Positions 11,995 through 16,502 of a stretch of 16,502 bases of DNA are shown here, one piece after another (position 1 is the first letter of the stretch; every line of letters starts with the position of its first letter). The translations under genes were made by a program, and so were the position numbers. The notes under the pieces are model-generated. The model did no database searches. It worked only from the letters and a program-made list of their open reading frames with translations, and had not been told where the DNA came from. Source of the stretch: a virus; the UHGV virus genome UHGV-0224345; one strand, given 5' to 3'.

Positions 11995-12339
11995 TCAGGC
12001 CAGCGGTGGAGTCTTCAGAGAACCAGTAATTATTCCCGGTAGTTTTCCTCTGTAGGTTATCAACACATCCTGCGCCTCTAAAATTACGGGGCGCTTTTCC
12101 GGCAACGGACCATCCCCTTCACATAACCCGGCAGCAACATCCATGAAAAACTGCTTCGCCTGCTTTTTCGCCTCAGCTTCGTAAAACTCCAGCGTGGCAT
12201 CTTCAGTACGGTCAAGACTAATCGCCACATCTGGCAACAACAGTGACGGATACCCACCAATTTCCAGTGCCACAGTAACAGTAATCTTATCCGGGTAATT
12301 ATTTATCCCTTTAACAACCAGTTCGTATTTTTTCTTCAT
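11995..12339 (-). CDS. Conserved-looking protein of unknown function inserted between holin and endolysin
   Basis: 114 aa, MKKKYELVVKGINNYPDKITVTVALEIGGYPSLLLPDVAISLDRTEDATLEFYEAEAKKQAKQFF... ATG lies 4 nt after the holin stop. No transmembrane segment evident. Confidence 0.7.
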   Translation of the reverse strand: MKKKYELVVKGINNYPDKITVTVALEIGGYPSLLLPDVAISLDRTEDATLEFYEAEAKKQAKQFFMDVAAGLCEGDGPLPEKRPVILEAQDVLITYRGKLPGIITGSLKTPPLA

Positions 12340-12343
12340 CGCT

Positions 12344-12559
12344 TTACTCTCCCCGCGCCGCCTTACGCCGGTCCTCTCTGATTTTGAAATACAGGTTAGT
12401 CAGATATGTCAGCAGCCCAAACAGCAGACTCCCCAGCACGCCTATTGCCGCCCACTGAGACGGGGAAACCCTGTCCAGCAACTGCAGGAACCAGTAGCCC
12501 GTTCCCACCGCTGACGTGGTGTATGACACACCTGTTGTGATTTTTTCCATCTGGTACAT
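12344..12559 (-). CDS. S: Class II holin (phage 21 S21-type pinholin) with dual-start motif
   Basis: 71 aa, [71 protein letters not shown]; strongly resembles phage 21 S (S2171/S2168) as I recall it. Met1 and Met4 give a holin/antiholin dual start. Confidence 0.9.
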   Translation of the reverse strand: MYQMEKITTGVSYTTSAVGTGYWFLQLLDRVSPSQWAAIGVLGSLLFGLLTYLTNLYFKIREDRRKAARGE

Positions 12560-12599
12560 ACCCCGTCTCCCGTTATCCGGAAGCTCACAACAATATAAA

Positions 12600-12623
12600 G
12601 ACCACCGGCACACACCGATGGTC
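12600..12623 (-). terminator. Strand-specific intrinsic-terminator-like hairpin about 40 nt upstream of the holin start
   Basis: Minus-strand RNA GACCAUCGG-UGUGUG-CCGGUGGUC (9 bp including one G-U, which would be a C-A mismatch on the plus strand), followed by CUUUAUAUUGUUGUG. Confidence 0.5.
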
Positions 12624-12635
12624 CCTTGCGCAGGC

Positions 12636-12881
12636 TTACATCATCATGTCGCTGTCAGGTGTGGGTTCACCGCCATCTGAAGCACTCCCGTCACCCGCGA
12701 TACCTTCCGGCTCCGGAACCGCTGGTACGCCCAGCAGCTCATCCAGAATGGCATCCACTTCTGCATCAAGACGCGACTCAAGGTTCTGGCGGAGTTTCTG
12801 TTTCAGTGCGCTCAGGACTTCTTCAGAGCGCAGGACTTCCTTCACTGCCTCAGCAGTGACCAGGGATGTGATTTCTGACAT
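12636..12881 (-). CDS. Small acidic protein of unknown function (81 aa)
   Basis: [81 protein letters not shown] from ATG at 12881. Protein-like composition, whereas overlapping plus-strand ORFs are Ser/Arg/Pro-rich. Weak ribosome-binding site. Confidence 0.55.
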   Translation of the reverse strand: MSEITSLVTAEAVKEVLRSEEVLSALKQKLRQNLESRLDAEVDAILDELLGVPAVPEPEGIAGDGSASDGGEPTPDSDMMM

Positions 12882-12918
12882 GGGATTTTCTCGTTGAAAG
12901 GTGTTGTCAAGAAAGTGA

Positions 12919-13101
12919 CTACGGAATGAGCGGATCTTCGGGTTTGCTTCCGGCTGACTGACTGGCGCTGATTCTCTCAGCGGCCCTTTTATCAATCTGC
13001 CTGCGCCAGAAATCGCGCACTGCCCTGTACCCACCCGAAAGAAGATACATAACACAGACTGCCATACAGAAGTACAGCATTACCTGATGAATAAATGTCA
13101 T
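12919..13101 (-). CDS. Small membrane protein (60 aa), N-terminal transmembrane helix and basic C-terminal tail
   Basis: MTFIHQVMLYFCMAVCVMYLLSGGYRAVRDFWRRQIDKRAAERISASQSAGSKPEDPLIP; ATG at 13101 with a weak Shine-Dalgarno sequence. Confidence 0.4.
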   Translation of the reverse strand: MTFIHQVMLYFCMAVCVMYLLSGGYRAVRDFWRRQIDKRAAERISASQSAGSKPEDPLIP

Positions 13102-13199
13102 AATTTCTTACCGTTATGGTTGACAATGAGAACTGTTTTCATTTAGAAATGATTGATGTCGAAAGCATCTTTTCTTTACATTCTCCATTGGGATTACCT

Positions 13200-13236
13200 C
13201 CGCCAGCTTCCATTCCTGCCGCTGGCGGCTTTTTTT
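13200..13236 (+). terminator. Rho-independent terminator oriented on the plus strand, abutting the NanS-p-like stop codon
   Basis: Plus strand CCGCCAGC-(13-nt loop)-GCTGGCGG then C and seven T (13230-13236). On the minus strand the hairpin is preceded by an A-run and not followed by U. Confidence 0.6.
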
Positions 13237-13237
13237 A

Positions 13238-15214
13238 TCATGCCGCGATGTCCGCGTTGTTCACTTCCACCTTCACACTGTCAATCAGCAGCGTATATGT
13301 CGCCGCCTTTGATATGCCTGTCAGTTGCAGTTTGTCCGCCGCCCCTGATGCCGGAGATTTCACCAGTGTGAACGGCGTCCCCCGTTTCTCATCCAGTACC
13401 GGCGTCACCTGAATGCTGTTGTTTCCGGCAAACTCAAAAGCCAGTGTGTGCCATCCGTTATCAAAGACCCCGAACGTTTCCAGCTTCGCATTCGGCTTCT
13501 TGTGGTGCATCGCGTTCAGGTTCGTCGCATCCGTCTGCAGAAAGAAGGACATCAGCATGTCGTTGCCTTCCTCTGCCAGCGTCACTCCCTCCGGCAGGGA
13601 CGACAACTGCCAGTAAATGCCCAGGGCAAACTGATTCGGCACCAGTGAACCCGGCAACTTAAACCGTACGCTCACACGTCCCCCCTTCTTCAGTAACTCC
13701 ACTCCCTGTCCGGCTGCATCATGCTCCAGAAACCAGATGTGGTTTTCCGGTTTATTCAGTTGCAGGGCCTTACCTCCCGTAGCCCCCGCATCACTGACCA
13801 CCGCTTCAGCAATGTTTTTGTTAACATTGTCTCCGCTCGCCGGTTTGTGATAATAGCGCCAGCCCTGTGATGCCAGGTCTTCGCCGGACGCCAGCAGACT
13901 CATCAGGGTTCGGTTACTGACCGGGGCTTCCGGCTCTCTCTCCGTACCTTCACCGGAAGGTCCGGTGGGCTTCACCGTATCAGGCTGTTTTCCGGTAATG
14001 AATTCAGCGTTTCTCCCGGCATGCACAAGAATCGCCGTTGCCAGACGGTCGGAAATAATCCCACGACGTGCCCATGATCCAAAATGCGTTTTACGGTCGG
14101 CCGTCGTCCAGGTTTTGGCGTCCGTTCGACCACCGGCTCCGTAATACCCAATATCCGCAACATCCGGATCTTCTGACGGCTCGTTGGTACCCACATTTCG
14201 CCCGTTTTCATCCGTCATAAACGGCACAAAGAAGATTTTTTTTGCGGATTTCGTCTTGTATGCACCATACACCGCATCGTATTGCGAAGAATAAGTCTGC
14301 TTCCAGTAGTAGGTCGTGTCGCCACAAATCCAGGGAACCGATGACGGAGAGCCCCCGAGACACTGACCTCCGAATTCCGACAGGTCAGAACGATATTTTT
14401 CCACCATGGAATCAAACAGCCCCGGCTGAGTGGCGTATGCACCCTGTTTCAAATCAAACTCGCCCTGCATCCAGACCACTGCAAGCAGAATATTTTTAGG
14501 GTTGGCCTTCAGTGCGGCCTGAGTACGGGTAAGCAGGTCCTTGTACAGTGGCTTATCAACACCCCAGCGTGCCGAGGTCTCGCTTGCGCCGGTGGATTCG
14601 CTGAAGGTACCTTCATCGCCCGCCAAAAATGCAGAACCACCACGGCAGCACGGAACCAGAAGAATACCGGCATTCGCCGGAATAAACGGCAACAATTTCT
14701 TCGCGATATGTAATCCCTGCCCCACGCATCCATACTGAGCTGCGCTGGCTTTCGGGTGTGAAAACTTACTCAAATCCTGAACATCATGCAGGCAGTGGTC
14801 CGCAGGAATAATGTCATTGTAGTTACAGGACGCACCACCCGGCGTGACAGTGCTGCGACGCGCCAGCTGTTTAATACGCGGGTCCGGACGGTCATATGTC
14901 TCCGGCAGCGGAAGCCCTTCACCATACGCCATACCGTTTGACTGCCCGGCCAGGGCAACAACAAAGTAATACTCCGGGTTGCTGGTGGTGCTGATAACTG
15001 CGCCTTCTCCATCCGACGGCTTCACCACCACAGGTGTGGTGACATCACCTTCCGCCGCAATGGCCTGCATCAGGGTATAAGGCGTGATGGCCACCGGACT
15101 GCCAAATGGCTGCCACCCCTCCTTCAGTTTTTGTGTCAGTCGTTTCGCAAGGTCTGACGGCGATGCCGCCCTGACAACATCATAGTGTTTAAATGCCATG
15201 GTTCTTTCCACCAT
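13238..15214 (-). CDS. nanS-p: Prophage-encoded sialate O-acetylesterase (NanS-p-like; N-terminal DUF1737-like region plus SGNH-type esterase and C-terminal domain)
   Basis: 658 aa. MAFKHYDVVRAASPSDLAKRLTQKLKEGWQPFGSPVAITPYTLMQAIAAEGD... resembles the NanS-p / YjhS-like esterases of EHEC lambdoid prophages, which sit between the late regulatory region and S. The likely start is the second ATG at 15199 (MAFKH). Confidence 0.85.
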   Translation of the reverse strand: MVERTMAFKHYDVVRAASPSDLAKRLTQKLKEGWQPFGSPVAITPYTLMQAIAAEGDVTTPVVVKPSDGEGAVISTTSNPEYYFVVALAGQSNGMAYGEGLPLPETYDRPDPRIKQLARRSTVTPGGASCNYNDIIPADHCLHDVQDLSKFSHPKASAAQYGCVGQGLHIAKKLLPFIPANAGILLVPCCRGGSAFLAGDEGTFSESTGASETSARWGVDKPLYKDLLTRTQAALKANPKNILLAVVWMQGEFDLKQGAYATQPGLFDSMVEKYRSDLSEFGGQCLGGSPSSVPWICGDTTYYWKQTYSSQYDAVYGAYKTKSAKKIFFVPFMTDENGRNVGTNEPSEDPDVADIGYYGAGGRTDAKTWTTADRKTHFGSWARRGIISDRLATAILVHAGRNAEFITGKQPDTVKPTGPSGEGTEREPEAPVSNRTLMSLLASGEDLASQGWRYYHKPASGDNVNKNIAEAVVSDAGATGGKALQLNKPENHIWFLEHDAAGQGVELLKKGGRVSVRFKLPGSLVPNQFALGIYWQLSSLPEGVTLAEEGNDMLMSFFLQTDATNLNAMHHKKPNAKLETFGVFDNGWHTLAFEFAGNNSIQVTPVLDEKRGTPFTLVKSPASGAADKLQLTGISKAATYTLLIDSVKVEVNNADIAA

Positions 15215-15392
15215 CTGAAAAATAATTCTTTAAAATACCTGACATGTAATACAGAAAAAACACAAAACCATACCTTAAATAAAAACCTCATCATCAAGCA
15301 GATATGCATGGATAAACTACAAGACGAGATATAAACCACCCTGCATTTAAATAAACAATAAACAACATCAGAAAAATAATTCTGCTCTATGG

Positions 15393-15421
15393 TTTACATT
15401 CAAAAATATCATTTATACTTT
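15393..15421 (+). promoter_or_regulatory. Candidate sigma-70 promoter for the 111-aa ORF
   Basis: TTTACA (15393-15398), 17-bp spacer, TACTTT (15416-15421); alternatively TATACT at 15414-15419 with a 15-bp spacer. AAGGAA ribosome-binding site before the ATG at 15460. Confidence 0.35.
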
Positions 15422-15459
15422 TCAGAACATCACCAGCAAGACATAAACAAGGAAACTAA

Positions 15460-15795
15460 ATGAAGTGGATTGTGATTGATACAGTTATCCAGCCATCATG
15501 CGGAATATCTTTTTCAGTCATATGGAGTAAAATAAAATTAATAATCTGGTATCAATCGGATGCTTTCTTACCTCCTGAAAGTATATTTACACTGACTCAC
15601 ACAGGTATCATGCTCAATAACAAAGTGCTACCTGTAACCATTTACAACGTAGCACCATTCAATAAAACATTCTGGAATTTAATCAAAAACAGCCAGGAAT
15701 GTCCTACAAATACAGATAACGTATTGAATGAATGCTTTAATAACCGTTGCACTCTGCAAATATGTCCTTATGGACTAAAACAACAAAGTCCATAA
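15460..15795 (+). CDS. Hypothetical protein (111 aa), AT-rich, Cys-containing, divergently transcribed from the NanS-p-like gene
   Basis: [111 protein letters not shown]. Good ribosome-binding site (AAGGAA 6 nt upstream). Markedly AT-rich compared with flanking phage genes. Confidence 0.55.
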   Translation: MKWIVIDTVIQPSCGISFSVIWSKIKLIIWYQSDAFLPPESIFTLTHTGIMLNNKVLPVTIYNVAPFNKTFWNLIKNSQECPTNTDNVLNECFNNRCTLQICPYGLKQQSP

Positions 15796-15830
15796 GGAGT
15801 TTACTCACATCTGACAAAATCAATATAAAC

Positions 15831-15850
15831 AGCCCCTCCGGAGAGGGGCT
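15831..15850. terminator. GC-rich hairpin AGCCCCTC-CGGA-GAGGGGCT; U-rich tail only on the minus-strand side
   Basis: 8-bp GC-rich stem with 4-nt loop. Minus-strand RNA continues GUUUAUAUUGAUUUUGUC; plus-strand RNA continues GGAGAGUGGCGC. Confidence 0.4.
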
Positions 15851-16287
15851 GGAGAGTGGCGCTATGTGCCATTGCATGGTGCCGGGTGCCTCCCGGTGAA
15901 TTCAGTACCAGCACCTGAATCCGCGATTATCCCATATACCTACTCGCTGATTGCCCCTCCGCACAGGGGGATTCACCATGCCAGTTTCTTTTAACAAACT
16001 CCCCGCAAACCAGACAACAGTCAACCGCCTGAATTGTGAAGTATTTAAAAATTTCTCCCGCTAACTGATACCCGGCTAACAGTCTGGCGTTTTCTTTTTC
16101 AGCAACGGGAAAGCAACAACCACCACACCCGCCACCAGCACACCGTCAGCCAGCACTGACATTATCCGGCTGCTGCAATGCCACTCACAAAAACAGTAAG
16201 CAATCACTTTTTACCGTAACAAGTGATAATCCAGATATGTATCTACCCCAGATGAGTAATCCGAAGTTCATCCATACCACAGGTACT

Positions 16288-16502
16288 GGCTATTCTGTTG
16301 TACTCCTGAACAAGAGCAAATAATTCTGAATTAGCAACCATGAACTCATCGCAAACCCGGTGATGCTGCCAACTTACTGATTTAGTGTATGATGGTGTTT
16401 TTGAGGTGCTCCAGTGGCTTGCAGCATCACCGGGTTTGCGATGAGTTCATGGTTGCTAATTCAGAATTATTTGCTCTTGTTCAGGAGTACAACAGAATAG
16501 CC
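16288..16502. repeat. Perfect 82-bp inverted repeat (arms 16288-16369 and 16421-16502) around a 51-bp spacer; the right arm runs to the last base of the window
   Basis: The reverse-complement of 16421-16502 is identical to 16288-16369 (checked base by base). Confidence 0.85.
16359..16420 (+). mobile_element. IS1 left terminal fragment (about 62 bp including the left inverted repeat), truncated
   Basis: GGTGATGCTGCCAACTTACTGATTTAGTGTATGATGGTGTTTTTGAGGTGCTCCAGTGGCTT matches the IS1 left end as I recall it. The expected continuation (CTGTTTCTATCAGC..., the insA start) is absent. Confidence 0.75.

Noticed and set aside
13116-13412. 98-aa plus-strand ORF crossing the NanS-p-like 3' end
   Set aside because: It reads through the plus-strand terminator hairpin and T-tract and continues antisense into the NanS-p-like gene; Pro/Ser/Ala-rich. 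More likely non-coding; the region is treated as a possible small RNA instead.
14981-14988. Chi site GCTGGTGG on the plus strand inside the NanS-p-like gene (reverse-complement copies near 10881 and 16132)
   Set aside because: Single octamers occur by chance at this length and are orientation dependent. Noted only as weakly consistent with host-adapted DNA, not a feature.
15851-16290. Search for tRNA genes (ileZ/argN/argO-like) upstream of the NanS-p-like gene
   Set aside because: No T-arm-like GGTTCGA(A)TCC (or its reverse-complement) or cloverleaf-compatible segments were found by eye. A tRNAscan run would be needed to be sure.

Overview
This window is a lambdoid (phage lambda-like) prophage or phage segment, most likely from Escherichia coli, and spans the cos junction. 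All calls rest on my reading of the six-frame translations and the DNA; no database search was run. On the minus strand, 1-9252 carries a lambda-type late module: V (partial), U, Z, FII, FI, E, D, C with nested Nu3, B, W, A, Nu1. The cos site follows at about 9270-9480, with cosN GGGCGGCGACCT on the minus strand at 9429-9440. Beyond cos is an AT-rich island with a ribbon-helix-helix small ORF, then a minus-strand lysis cassette of the phage-21 type (pinholin, SAR endolysin, Rz/Rz1) with extra small genes inserted. Upstream of the lysis genes lie two small ORFs and a 658-aa NanS-p-like esterase, then an AT-rich divergent 111-aa ORF. The window ends in a 62-bp IS1 left-end fragment set inside a perfect 82-bp inverted repeat. 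The most interesting unexplained content is the set of small membrane-protein ORFs in and around the lysis cassette, a possible antisense-RNA arrangement at 13120-13236, the cos-proximal RHH gene, and the IS1 fold-back.
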